From: the human T2T-CHM13v2.0 reference genome, Homo sapiens
Reading direction: 5' to 3' (one strand)
Assembly (NCBI RefSeq): GCF_009914755.1
Contig: NC_060935.1
Length of the DNA: 64,000 nucleotides
The notes beneath the pieces were generated by a model. That model searched no databases and was not told the origin of the DNA. It worked only from the letters and a program-made list of their open reading frames with translations. Position 1 is the stretch's first letter. The number at the start of each line of letters is the position of its first letter. Both the position numbers and the translations under genes were made by a program. Positions 1 to 17,424 of this stretch are shown here, piece by piece.

Positions 1-103
1 GCCCCTAAAGACCTTCTAATGGGACTAGATGTGGAAGTGGAAGATAGTGATACTGATGATAGTGATTCTATGAATGCCTAGACTAATATGTGTTTGTGTC
101 TTA
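1..103 (+). mobile_element. Tigger3-family (TcMar-Tigger) DNA transposon fragment
   Basis: GCCCCTAAAGACCTTCTAATGGGACTAGATGTGGAAGTGGAAGATAGTGATACTGATGAT resembles the Tigger3b internal consensus as recalled. Confidence 0.65.
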
Positions 104-436
104 ATCTAATTTGACGGGTATCCTTATAACAAGAAGGCCATAGAAAGACAAACACACACAAGGCGAATGCCCTGTGCCAGTGAAGACAGAGATTAAAGTT
201 ATGCAGCTGCAAGGTGTGAAAAACCAAGGACTGCCTAGTTTATTTCTCACCATAAGCTAGGAAAAGGTAAAAAAATGAAATAAAAATCTTCTCTACGCTT
301 CAGAGGGAATATGGGCATATTGACACCTTGATTTTAGACTTCAAGCTTCCAGAATTATAAGATAATAAATTTCTGTTATTTTAAGCTACCCAGTTTGTCA
401 TCATTTGTTGCAGCAGCCTTAAGAATCTAATATACA
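104..436 (+). mobile_element. MLT1-family (ERVL-MaLR) LTR, 5'-truncated (MLT1B/C-like)
   Basis: Typical MLT1 3' end GACACCTTGATTTTAGACTTC...AATAAATTTCTGTTATTTTAAGCTACCCAGTTTG...GCAGCC...CTAATATACA. Confidence 0.8.
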
Positions 437-1316
437 TTATGATGAATTTGTATATTATTATGGACAATAACATTTTTTCATGCATTGGATTACATTTAAT
501 TCTTAAAGTAATCCTTTTTTCCATCTATTTTATGTATCTTAAATACAGTGCCATTTCCTTACCTGGTACATGTGTTGATCAGAAATCTACTCAGCTCTTC
601 GTTTCACTTTATTAAGTTCTCAGAATGTCTTCTCCTAAAAGGAGCCTCCCCTAACCACCCTATTTAAAATAGCTTCTCACATCATTTCTTTTCCCTCTCA
701 CTATGCTTAATTATTTTCATATCACATAAAAATCCCTGACAGTATTTTATTTTGTATGTGTTTATCTTGTTTCCCCAGACATGAGTGTAGGCTCCAAAGG
801 GATAATAATTCTTTCACCCATCTCTCTACTTCCTTTACATGTAACAGTGATTTAAAATGTAGAAATCATAATAAGCTTTCTACTTGGACAAAACAGTGAT
901 CATTTGGTAATTGAGAAATGTCCTCATTATTAATTTAAAATTACAAAGAATCAATAAATTTATATGACTGAAACTGCATGTCTGAAGAAAAACACAGTCT
1001 TATCTGAAAGTCATATTTGAATGCTTATGAAAAGATTAAAATTATTAAAGGACTGCTTTTTCAGATTGTTTTATACACTCCAGAAGTATATTTTCTTTTA
1101 TTATTATTATTATTATACTTTAAGTTGTAGGGTATGTGTGCAAAACATGCAGGTTTGTTACATAGGTATACATGTGCCATGCTGGTGTGCTGCACCCATT
1201 AACTCGTCATTTAGCATTAGGTATATCTCCTCATGCTATCCCTCCCCCCTCCCCCAACCCCACAACAGTCCCCGGTGTGTCATGTTCCCCTTCCTGTGTC
1301 CATGTGTTCTCGTTGT

Positions 1317-5152
<3,836 letters not shown>

Positions 5153-5200
5153 TTATTTTGCTCGTTAGTTGATGCAGTTTCTTCCTAGCCTTGACAGTCT

Positions 5201-6216
5201 TTACAATTTGGCATGTTTTTGTAGTGGCTGGTACCGGTTGTTCCTTTCCATGTTTAATGCTTCCTTCAGGAGCTCTTTTAGGGCAGGCCTGGTGGTGACA
5301 AAATCTCTCAGCATTTGCTTGTCTGTAAAGGATTTTATTTCTCCTTCACTTATGAAGCTTAGTTTGGCTGGATATGAAATTCTGGGTTGAAAATTCTTTC
5401 TTTAAGAATGTTGAATATTGGCACCCACTCTCTTCTGGCTTGTAGAGTTTCTGCTGAGAGATCTGCTGTTAGTCTGATGGGCTTCCCTTTGTGGGTAACC
5501 CAACCTTCCTCTCTGGCTCCCGTTAACATTTTTTCCTTCATTTTAACTTTGGTGAATCTGACAATTATGTGTCTTGGAGTTGCTCTTCTTGAGGAGTATC
5601 TTTGTGGTGTTCTCTGTATTTCCTGAATTTGAATGTTGGCCTGCCTTGCTAGATTGGGGAAGTTCTCCTGGATAATATCCTGCAGAGTGTTTTCCAACTT
5701 GGTTCCATTCTCCCCATCACTTTCAGGTACACCAATGAGATGTAGATTTGGTCTTTTCACATAGTCCCATATTTCTTGGAGGCTTTGTTCATTTCTTTTT
5801 ATTCTTTTTTCTCTAAACTTCTCTTGATGCTTCATTTCATTCATTTCGTCTTCCATCGCTGATACCCTTTCTTCCAGTTGATCGCATTGGTCACTGAGGC
5901 TTGTGCATTTGTCACATAGTTCTCATGCCATGGTTTTCAGCTCCATCAGATCCTTTAAGGACTTCTCTGCATTGGTTATTCTAGTTAGCCACTCGTCTAA
6001 TTTTTTTTCATAGTTTTTAACTTCTTTGCCATTGGTTCGAACTTCCTCCTTTAGCTCGGAGTAGTTTGATCTTCTGAAGCCTTCCTCTCCCAACTCATCA
6101 AAGTCATTTTCTGTCCAGCTTTGTTCCATTGCTGGTGAGGAACTGCGCTCCTTTGGAGGAGGAGAGGCGCTCTGATTTTTTGAGTTTCCGGTTTTTCTGC
6201 TCTGTTTTTTCCCCAT
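5201..6216 (-). pseudogene. L1 ORF1 (RNA-binding protein), disrupted
   Basis: Starts MGKKQSRKTGNSKNQSASPPPKERSSS; premature TGA at 5923-5925 (CGA>TGA type); 1-bp frameshift near 5395; span 1016 nt vs 1017 expected. Confidence 0.95.
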
Positions 6217-7230
6217 CTTTGTGGTTTTATCTACCTTTAGTCTTTGATGATGGTGATGTACAGATGGGTTTTTGGCGTGGATGTCCTTTCTGTTTGTTAG
6301 TTTTCCTTCTAACAGTCAGGACCCTCAGCTGCTGGTCTGTTGGAGTTTACTGGAGGTCCACTCCAGACCCTGTTTGCCTGGGTATCAGCAGTGGTGGTTG
6401 CAGAACAGCGGATATTGGTGAACCGCAAATGCTGCTGCCTGATCGTTCCTCTGGAAGTTTTGTCTCAGAGGAGTACCCGGCCATGTGAGGTGTCAGTCCA
6501 CCCCTACTGGGGGGCGCCTCCCAGTTAGGCCACTCGGGGGTCAGGGACCCACTTGAGGAGGCAGTCTGCCTGTTCTCAGATCTCAAGCTGCATGCTGGGA
6601 AAACCACTACTCTCTTCAAAGCTGTCAGACAGGGACATTTAAGTCTGCAGAGGTTATTGCTGCCTTTTGTTTGTCTGTGCCCTGCCCCCAGAGGTGGAGC
6701 CTAGAGAGGCAGGAAGGCCTCCTTGAGCTGTGGTAGGCTCCACCCAGTTCGAGCTTCCCAGCCGCTTTGTTTACCTACTCAAGCCTGAGCAATGGCAGGC
6801 GCCCCTCCCCCAGCCTCACTGCCACCTTGCAGTTTGAGCTCAGACTGCTGTGCTAGCAATGAGCGAGGCTCCGTGGACGTAGGACCCTCCGAGCCAGGTG
6901 CGGGATATAGTCTCCTGGTGTGCCGTTTGTTGAGCCCACTGGAAGAGCGCAGTATTACGGTGGGAGTGACCCGATTTTCCAGGTGCTCTCTGTCACCCCT
7001 TTCTTTGACTAGGAAAGGGAATTCCCTGACCCCTTGCACTTCCCGGGTGAGGTGATGCCTCGCCCTGCTTTGTCTCATGCACAGTGCGCTGTACCCACTG
7101 TCCAGCACTCCCCAATGAGATGAACCCGGTACCTCCTTTGGAAATGCAGAAATCACCTGTCTTCTGTGTCGCTCAGGCTAGGAGCTGTAGACTGGAGCTC
7201 TTCCTATTTGGCCATCTTGGCTCCACCCCC
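6217..7230 (-). promoter_or_regulatory. L1 5'UTR internal sense promoter plus antisense promoter, with YY1 motif
   Basis: Complete, relatively CpG-rich 5'UTR; YY1-type CAAGATGGCC on minus strand at ~7210-7219. Confidence 0.85.
6792..7055 (+). CDS. ORF0: L1 antisense ORF0 homolog, 87 aa, open frame (translation unproven)
   Basis: MAGAPPPASLPPCSLSSDCCASNERGSVDVGPSEPG matches primate L1 ORF0 N-terminus; Kozak-like GCAATGG; GT donors at 6898 and 6983. Confidence 0.7.
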   Translation: MAGAPPPASLPPCSLSSDCCASNERGSVDVGPSEPGAGYSLLVCRLLSPLEERSITVGVTRFSRCSLSPLSLTRKGNSLTPCTSRVR

Positions 7231-7715
7231 CAAAAGTATATTTTCTTTTATCAAATTCTAAAGCTTTCCCCTTTGAAAATTCTAAATAGAAATACTACTT
7301 CATTCATAACACATTTTTCTCTACAGAAAAGTGTCAGTAGAGATTACTATGCAAATTATCTTATACTAGGAGCATTTAAATTATATCATAAAACTCTGGG
7401 AATTAAATAATAAATTTATTCATTCTTCAGTTAAATATTATGCCTCTGCTATGGTACAAAACTCAGGCCAAGAGCTGTAAGGGATTTAAAAATAAGTATC
7501 CAAGAGTCCCTGTGCTGCAGCCTCATGAAAAAGATAGCAGAGATACATAAATCAATATAATTTTAGTTAAGAGATGATAAATCCATAAGATGGGCACCGT
7601 AATATAGTAGGAAGAGAAAGAAGTTTGAAACTAGAGCTCAGCTTTAGTGATTTCAACTCTCATAGAATAGTTTCTTTTTTTTTGGTTCCTCAAAACTGTC
7701 AAGAACTGTCAAAAT

Positions 7716-8135
<420 letters not shown>

Positions 8136-8604
8136 TTTCTTCGTGCCTAACCATTCCTTGTTTTTTCCACTTAACCATATGATCACTTCTATAAATGTAT
8201 TAAAATCCATTCATTAAAGCTGCTTCATTTGAAACTCTTGGGAAGAATTATATTTCCGGTAATACAGTTGCTGCCCTTGGCATATTTCCTAGTACATGGG
8301 AGGCAGCCACCATTATTACAGATTGGGCCTTTTTAATGATCATTTATTGCTATTGCAGATACACAGCCTATGCATAAACTGCTATTGCATGATTGCTATT
8401 GCCAATGATAACATAATCATTAGCTCAAGACAATAAGATTAGTCTTGAACTAGATCCCTTTCGCCTTGCTTCTGTCCCACATATAGATAGTGCTCATAAG
8501 TAAATGCAATGAAAACATTCAGTATGAATACATGTAAAATGATCTTTCTATTGTTAAATCATCCTGAATTGTCCATTTGAATCTTTTCCACATGAATTGT
8601 AATG

Positions 8605-9745
8605 TTTTATTTCATCATTTGATATTAATACTGATACTAATTATATACATATTTTAACATGGGCAGTCTATCTTTAAAATGATGAAGTGAAAAATATGAT
8701 TTAAGTGATATTTCCAATTATGAAAAGTAAAGTTGGTATAAGAAATATACAAGCAGAGAAACCAAATCCAAAGGAAAACAAGAATCAGAAAGCCCTTGGG
8801 CACAACCCTGGCCAACATACTGTTAACATAAGAGGTTTTTGTTATTGTTGGCCTTTGTTTCTATGTTGCTTGGGTCTTGGAAGGAGATAGACACACTTTG
8901 GGCATAATTGTTTCCAAATTAAATTAAGAATGTGGGTATAAATCTTCACTATTAAGTGTGGTGGAACTATTGGCAGGAGATAAACTCACACTCCACTAAA
9001 ATGCAGCGCATATGTTACTGCTATTTCTCTGAGAATGACCAAAAATTACAAAGAAGAAGAAAAATGTAAAAGCAGAGTATCAGAAGTAACCAAGTCTTCC
9101 CTGTTTGCATCTCTTCAGAATTAGAAGCTGTCACTCACATCTGAGGCTGAAGTTTCCATGACGAAATAGGTTAGGGAAAGACTATCTGGGAAGAGTAAAG
9201 AAAGGGTTTAAAAGGATCCAGGCACTGGAATGAAGGAAAAGTGGAAGAGCGACAAAAAATAATAATAATTACAATACTAAGCAGCACTCTCAGGTAGTTT
9301 GAGGGAAATAAACTGCTGTCCCATATTGCAGGGTCACGGAAGCCTTATCTTTTTGGGTATAGGTTGGTGCAAAAGTTATTGCAGTTTTTATCATTACTTT
9401 TTATGGCAAAAAATGTAACTACTTGCACCAACCTATATAATGGAACTGCAGAATTAGCAAAGGTGTTTACTAAGCCCTCCACCCACATCATCCTGAGAGA
9501 CTCTGACTGTCTAACTATCTAATGTTTACAAAAGAACATTGTGACATAATAATGTTGAGAACTTAACATTACTTACTGAATACACATCTTTTATGTTTCC
9601 ATCGTTTGATATTAATATTGAGTCTAATTCTATATATTTTTTTAACTTGGGCTGTCTACTTTTAAAGTGATAAAGCAAAAATTCTATCTTTAAGTAATAT
9701 TTTCAATTATAAAAACTAAATTCAGTATAACAAATACAAAAGGGA
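8605..9745 (+). repeat. Diverged ~150-bp direct repeat pair (8605-8755 and 9592-9745)
   Basis: TTTGATATTAATACTGATACTAATT..TGGGCAGTCTATCTTTAAAATGATGAAG..TTTAAGTGATATTTCCAATTATGAAAAGTAAA vs TTTGATATTAATATTGAGTCTAATT..TGGGCTGTCTACTTTTAAAGTGATAAAG..TTTAAGTAATATTTTCAATTATAAAAACTAAA. Confidence 0.8.
9360..9435. mobile_element. MADE1 (Hsmar1-derived mariner MITE)
   Basis: TIRs TAGGTTGGTGCAA...TTGCACCAACCTA, ~76 bp palindromic element, flanking TA dinucleotides. Confidence 0.92.
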
Positions 9746-10671
9746 AGAGACAACTGCCTTTCTTCTATCCACCAGCAAACACACCAACTGATATGGCTGG
9801 CAATATGGTGAAAAAGATCACCTCTCAGAATGACTTAAAGACACCATTGAGAGATGGAAGAAACAGGTAGGGAGGCTAGTGTCTGGGTTTCGTGAACAGG
9901 TGAAAATCCAGGCTCAGAGAGATTGAATAACTTGCTGAGGATCACTCAGCTAGGAAGTGGTGAAAGCACAATTCTCTCTCACTGCAAGTGGGATACTTTT
10001 CACATGGCCTTTCCTTTTAAAGACGAGAGCCATTAAAGATTTCAACACTAAGTGATTATTATTCTTCACATTAGCATATTATGAATTTAGTCATTTAGTT
10101 CTGGGTACTGATAAAATTCATCCAGAGTTGTGCATTATAAGTTTAATCTTTAATGGTGTTTCAGTTTTACTTATCAAAATGTACCTTTTATTCTAAATTA
10201 TCATCAGGAAAAAAAATGGATGCTGCTGCCATACAAAGCCAGTTTCCATTATTTCATAGGTTAAAACTTATCCTAAGGGAACAAATATTCAAATCAGAAG
10301 TACATTTAAAGAAATAAATACACTGTTAAAATTTTTAGCCTGAAGGATTTTGATGACAATTACATTTTTATTACAGATCATAAAATAATTAACATTTTAA
10401 AGTCCTAATGAAAATTATAGGGCATTATGCTTTAAAATGCTTGTTGGAAATTAAAGATTGGCCTTTGGCATTTTACACTAATTTTCTGTGTTATAAAAAA
10501 ATGAAGATGAGTGTTTTGCCTGAATCAAGCATCTCTTGTATCAGACTATACACTTAAAAAGAACATAATAGTTATAAAAATGATTTGATGCTCTCCACTT
10601 TTGTTTCTCAGAATACTCTTGAAGAATTTCTGTGTAAAACAGACACAGAAACAGAAGATTTGGAAGAATGG

Positions 10672-11076
10672 TGTTATGGGTGATATTGTGTCCTCCAAAA
10701 TTCATATGTTGAAGCCTCAATATCCAGTAGCTCAGAATGTGATAATATTTGCAGATTAAGACTTTAAAGAGATAATTAAGGTAAAACGAGGCCATTAGGG
10801 TCAGCTCTTCATATATTCTGAATGATGGCCTTATAAGAAGAGATTAGGACACACAGAGAGGCACCAGGGGCACCTGTATTAAAGGAAGGAGCTTGTACAG
10901 AGGCAGCAAGAAGGCAGCCATCTGCAAGCCAGGGAGAGATGCCTCAGAGGAAGCCAACCCTGCCAGCACCTTAATCCTGGCCTCCCAGCCTCCAGAACTG
11001 TGAGATAATAAATTTTTGTTGTTTAAGTCACCCAGTCTGTGTTATTTCATTATGGCAGCCCTAGCGAACTAATATA
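10672..11076 (+). mobile_element. MLT1A/MLT1B-like solo LTR (ERVL-MaLR)
   Basis: TGTTATGGG..CCTCCAAAATTCATATGTTGAAG start; ..GCAGCCCTAGCGAACTAATATA end. Confidence 0.88.
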
Positions 11077-11557
11077 CTCAGGATGCATTTATTTAATTAC
11101 TTTTTAAAGAATGGTTAGAGAGTATGATATTCTGGCTAACTTAGAGGAAAAATGTATTACAATTTATAGAAAAACTATGTTAACAATTTTAAATTTTATT
11201 CTATTAATTTTTTAAATTTAACAATTAAAGAGTTAATTACAAATGTGAATAATATTACCCACAGGTAATATAAACAATGCCAAACATTAAATTTATGTTA
11301 CAACACTTTAAAAGCTTAAAAAACTTATGTTCTCAGGAGGAATGTAAAATTTTAAAACTTTTTTAAGGCAAAATGTGTTAGAACAGTAAAAATTATGACT
11401 TTGATTTCATTCAGGTCTATGAACAAAAATTTCAAAGGTACGCCTAATATAGAATCCAAAATCATGTATGAATGATGCAATAATCCCCTAAACTACTCAT
11501 ATGCTTACTTGGCACACATTAATTAAGCAGCTGCGATGAAAAGTCATAATATAAAGA

Positions 11558-11757
11558 CACATTGTCCAACATAGTAGCCACTAGCTACAGATGGCTATTT
11601 AAATTTAAATTAATTCAAGTAAAGTAAGTGTAAAATTCCATTCCTCAGTTGCACTACCCACATTTAAAGTGCTCAGTGACCATATGCGCTAGTGGCAACA
11701 TTCTTAGATAATGAAGATGGAGCATTTCTGTCATTGACAAGCATTCTATTAGACAGG
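11558..11757 (-). mobile_element. MER3 (hAT-Charlie) DNA transposon
   Basis: TGTCCAACATAGTAGCCACTAGCTACAGATGGCTATTTAAATTTAAATT...TTCTATTAGACAG. Confidence 0.8.
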
Positions 11758-12974
11758 AGGTTAAGGATCCAGAAGTCCTGGGTTCACATCCGGGATTTTC
11801 CATTTACTACTAGTCATTCTATCTTTCTGTAACTTAAGTACCTTGTTTGCAAATAGGGAGTAATGAGGAAGCCTTTTCTCAAAACATAATTATGAGGATT
11901 TAATGAGGTAACACCTGCGAAGGGTAATTGTAAATTGAGAAATTTTATGCATATGATGTCCTGTACTATGCTGAATGAATGCAGTGATGAATTAGATATG
12001 GACCCTACTCTGAAGGAGAATATGCAGTACATAAGAGAGGTAATTGTTCCACAAAATAGAATATGATGAATACATAATTAATATGGGATTACAAAAAAAG
12101 ATGTTGAGAGAGTTTCTTCATTGCTTGAGTATAAAGTCCAAACTCCTCACAAGATTAACAAGCATTTCCTGGATCTGGTGTTCTGATCGCTTGGGTGTTT
12201 TTTGTTTGTTTATTGGGTTTATTTGTTTGGGTCTCTTACTAGTTGTTACTTTTCTATATTCTACTTAGATTTGGAGATTTGGTTTGTTAATTACATTCTT
12301 CAAATAGGCCAAATCTCACTTTCTTCTGGACTGAGTCACAGTCCAGGATGTTTCTCCATTCTGACTCCTGACTCCTTCCATCCCTTTGCCTGGCTGAATC
12401 AGCCATAAAGTCTGATCTAAGACTACATTTTTTTTTTTGGAGAACACTGTCCTAGTTCTCCATCATCATGTTTATCATATTTGGATGAAATGTCCTATAA
12501 ACTGAAATCACCTATCTCCCTACTGACTGCAAACTCAGGGTGATTAGAAATCATTATTTACTTCATTGTTGTTAAATGCCCAGCACCTCCACTGTTGCTA
12601 ACTCATAGTAAGTGTCCAATATGTTCACAAAATGAAAGATAAAGAAGAGAGAAAATGCTTTTAGTTGGCTGAGATTGTGTATGCAGGTAAATTACCAAGG
12701 AAATAATATTTGAATGGCCTTCCCATGTGATTTTTTTTCCTTTCCCCAACCAGCAATGTTGTGTGCAATGCAAACATTCATGCTAGATCTTTCCTTCATG
12801 TCTAGTTTAGAAATTAGCCTATATTTTGGTTCTCAAACTGAATACTTGGCATATTTTATCTGCATTTTAAAATTTAATTTATTGTAAGATACCTAGGCAA
12901 AGTCAGTAGAAAAGATTATAAGAATATCCTCATCATTTCCTCTGTGCCTGGGAACATTCCAGTCCCATTACCTG

Positions 12975-13150
12975 GATTATTTCATGTAACACTTTTAACA
13001 ACACTGACAGTTAAGTATTATCTTCATTTGATAGACATCCATATGTAAGTTAAGAGAGGGTAATTGGCTGGTCAAATGTCACATAACTAGTAAATGGTGA
13101 AGCTGGAAGTTGAACCAGGTCTGTCTGAATTTAGAAACTCCGTATTCCAC
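12975..13150 (-). mobile_element. MIR SINE remnant
   Basis: Core-like GTCACATAACTAGTAAATGGTGAAGCTGGAAGTTGAACCAGGTCTGTCTGA. Confidence 0.65.
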
Positions 13151-15592
13151 TGGAAGATTTAGGTGAATATGAGATAATAACCTCAACTCTCAACTACAAG
13201 TAAAATTTATATAAAAGTTGGGAGCCACATTTCCCCTTGGAGGCGGGGGGAAAGGGTTTCTAATTTATTTAGGTAATTAGTTCACCTATTTGTTACTTCT
13301 GTTATCAAAATAACAGTTTTTAATTATACCTTATTTAAGCTAATTCCATTAATAATCTCTTTGTGGATAGACATCAGATTAATTCATACAGTTTGCTTCA
13401 GTTTCTCAGATTCTACCTACCCCAGATCTTTTAGTTGACAATTTATTGTACAGAACAAAGACATTATTTTCTAGATAAAGGAAAGTAAGTTTGTATCAAT
13501 AAAGACTGTTTACTGTTCTTTTTTGTTTATGTATGAGCATATATACGTAAGAAAACTGAGATAAATGCATTCAATTAAAATCTTTGGAGAAGGATTATTT
13601 TTTTCTGAAAACTTTGTAATTTAAAAATTACCAATATTTATATTGATCCATTTAGTTTATGTTAAACTGACACATTATTTATATTAACTGAGCACATAAT
13701 GTTGATTTTTATCTCCAAAAGATATTTGTATACATTCATAACGAAGTGAACTATATTTCATTTTCAAAGTATCATTAACTCATTAGAACAAGTGATTTAG
13801 AAGAATCTTTGTTAAGCCTAAGGGATATAATGATATATCATTTTCTCACAGGTGAGGGTGAATGCTGATCATCCCACAGACACATTAGCAAAGGGACAAA
13901 CTATCATGTACTCAATATTTTTAAAGGATAACTTTTGAAGTCTTTGATAGGCGGTTGTCCCATTGGATTTTAACTCTGCAATTTTGGCCCTCATGTATGG
14001 CAACCCTTAGTTTAGCTTGCAAAAGGTATCCTGTCAACTTGATGGGTGGAAAAAGTAGTTGTATTGCTAATATTTTCAATGGTATCTGTCCTGTTGAAGC
14101 CTTTCACTTTTCTTGTCCTATGTCTAAATTCCAGGTCTTTAATATTGTCTTTAAAAGGCCCACAAGTTAAAAATGTATGCGAGAAAAGTATCTGCAGTTC
14201 ATTGCTGTTCACTGTGTCCTTAAAGAATGCACTGTGGCCACCTTTATATATCAAACTGGTCATCTCCCAGGAGAATGAAAGGAGTAAGACAGATGGAGAA
14301 CTGATGACATCAGACCAATATAAAGCTCCAATCAACCACGCACCAATTTTTCAATCATTTATCTAAAGCTTTTTATGTGCTAAGCACTTCTTAGCTACTG
14401 AAGGTAAAGAGAGGAAGAGAACACAGTCCCTGTGGTAAAGAGACACTCATACATGTAATTATAAAATACAATAAATGTGATTCTAGCAATACATCAGATA
14501 ATATTTATCAGTTGATTAACACAGTGTATGGCATTTGAAATGCCTTCAATAAATATTAGGACATCATTATATATACTATTAATATTATAAAATATTTATA
14601 TTAAATGTTCATCTATATTGTATAATCATATGTCATATATATGCTGTATGGAATATATGTGCTATTACTATTAAAAGCAGATTTAAGTTCTGCAAAACGA
14701 ATAGTATTTTCTACCTTGCATGAGAAAGAAGAATCACCAAAATGCTTACAAAATGTTTAAGAAATTTGGTGGATTTTAAGAAATGAATTACATTAATATG
14801 AAAATGAGTAGAATCTTGAACTAGACAAATAAGCATGAGTTTGCTCACACCTAGGAAAGAGGAGCTTGTGGCCAAAGTCCTGAAGCTTACAGGGTCTATC
14901 CCCATCCTTCCTCAGGTCATAACACTCCCCATACAGAGCTCACACTCAACCTGCAAGAACATGCTCCAGATATGAACACCAGAGTTTCTTGCACAGTCTT
15001 TTATCTGCCTCCAGAAAATGCACAGGCCTCTTTTCCACCCCTGCTCTAGAAGTGCAGACTGTACCACAATTGTCATAACTGTACTACTGCTTGGTGACCA
15101 AGGGGTGGCTGCTTGCAGGGCGTGTAACTGGACCTTGGACATATGACCTGGGTTGTTTAGATGTGTGAGCTGTAACACTTGAACAAGGGGTCAGAGTTTG
15201 GGGTTATTTGTCCCTGTGCTGTCATATTATGAAATAAAATTCTGATAGAAAAAGAGAATTATAAATTTGGACTGGACCTTCAAAACCATGCTCAAGGTAT
15301 ACATGTTAGAGGGGGAAGATAGAACCTATTTAACAGTTTGATATATCTCATGGTGTTTAACTGTGTAGACATATGGTAAGTGGACTGCTGTTTTGTTGCT
15401 TCCCTAGACCCTGAAAAGGTAAGGAGTAGACTTGTGACTTAGCCAAAAAGTAAAGTGGGATAGATCATGGCATAATGTTTTATGTGATAAGAAAGCAGAA
15501 ATGCATAGTGAGGAGGAAAAGGTGAGTAGTAAAATGCCATTACAATCAGACCATAAATTACTGGATGGTGCTAAGGAGTATAGGCTTCCTAT

Positions 15593-16105
15593 ATGGTGGT
15601 GTGGTAATGTCTTCCAAGGATGTTCACTTCCAAATCCTTGGAACCTGTAAATATTTTACTCTATATGGCAAAAGGGAATTTTTAGATGTGATTAGATTTA
15701 CAAGGCTTGAGATGCGGAGAGTGTCCTGGATTATTTGGAGAGAACTAATCTAACTACATGAGACCTGAAAAAACTAAAAACCTTTCCCAGCTGTGTTCAG
15801 AGAGACAGAGATATGTGGACAGAACAAGCCTGAAAGAGATTCACTTTTGGTGGCTTTGAAGATGGCGGAAGGGGCCATGAGTTAAGAAATGCCAGTTGCC
15901 TCTAGGAACTAGAAAGGATGAGAAAACAAAATCCTTCTTTAGAGCCTCCAAAAAAGCAACACAGCCCTGCTGATAACCTCGGTTTTAGCCCAATGAGACC
16001 CATGCCAGACTTCTTACCTCTGGAGCTGTAAGATAATTGATTTTTGTTATTTTAAGCCTCTATGTTTTTGGTAATTTGTTATAGCTGCAATAGAAAACCA
16101 AAACA
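15593..16105 (+). mobile_element. MLT1D-like solo LTR
   Basis: CCAAGGATGTTCAC..AATCCTTGGAACCTGTAAATAT..GGCAAAAGGGA..; end GCAATAGAAAACCAAAACA. Confidence 0.85.
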
Positions 16106-17424
16106 GACAGCATTGCTGAAAATGTTTCCAGAAAATCTTACTTGAGTTTAAAAAGTAATAAATTCCTGTCGTAACCGTTAAAAATGTTTTTGTCACAAAT
16201 AGAAGAACACCTGACAATTAGTGACTTTAATAAGTGGTCTACTTCTTCTGGCCTAAGAAGTAGTTCAGTGGGAGAAACTCTGGTCTAGACAGCTATGCAA
16301 GGATGTGGGGTCCTCTATCTTTCTGCTCTCCTATCACAACAATTCAGGTTGCATGCTCATAGTCACAAGATGACTATTCTAAGTGTTTTGTCTGTGTTCC
16401 AGATAAGAAGAAAGTATAAGGGAGCATGCTAGGATGAAAATACATGGTGGGATCCTCCTTTCCAAAGCTTTTTTTTTTTTTTTCTTTCCCAAAAGCTCTA
16501 CCCATCAACTATGCTTAAACCTTCTTGGCCAAGACAAGCTTACTTGGCCACTTACTAAAAAGAAGTCTATTATTTTATATGGAAACATTACCAGATTTCC
16601 AATAATAAGAAAGAAAAATAAGAAGTTTGGGGAAGACAAGACAAGTGCCTGAATTTCATGGCTTCTCACAGCCTCTAAGTTAGTGTGTATTGTGACTCTC
16701 TAAGGGAAGGTATTAAGTACAGCATTTCCCAAACTTACCTGAATGTGGAAAAATGAGTTTATTTTCATAAGGAAGAAAGTCTTACCAGACTAATGTATAG
16801 CACAGCTTGTAAAACGCTGTTAGGCAAGAGGATCCAACAAAAGATTCTGGGCAGGAGAATAGCTTGATCCTATATCATTCTAATAGTAGAGTGGCCATGA
16901 GTGATAGGCGAACAACTCTTTCTATAGCTTATGCTCCTGCTGCATGCAAGGCATAGATTAAGCCCCAAGTACATCAGGGGGACTAAATATTCTCTAGCAT
17001 TATGTTGGAACAGCTAAATGTTTTTAAATTCTCAGAATGTTCTGTCTCAAAACTTGTACATTTTTTTTCAAATCCTATTTATTAATTAAATAACCGATTC
17101 AATTTCCAAGAGTCTAAAGAAACTACTTTTGTCTGAGTTATTTAGATACATTAGAAAGCCTTAAAGAGGATAATAACCTAATCATATTTTTTGTTTTAAA
17201 GTGGAAAATACTGCAGACATCACTGAATCTTTAATAGCAATGAGGAAAGAACTCAAACGCAAAGGTTACAAATTCTGTCTATTACACAGCTGTCCAGTGG
17301 CAATATTACGGTTAGAGCCCAGTTCTCTCAATACTCAGGTTGCTGGTTATACATTGTTCCAAAGCAACACCAGGAAGTAAGATTTTACCTGGTATAAGAA
17401 TTATATTTCAAGGATAATATTACT

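Noticed and set aside
13955-14366. Overlapping ~100-aa ORFs as a possible gene exon
   Set aside because: No recognisable domain and ORFs on both strands; consistent with chance.
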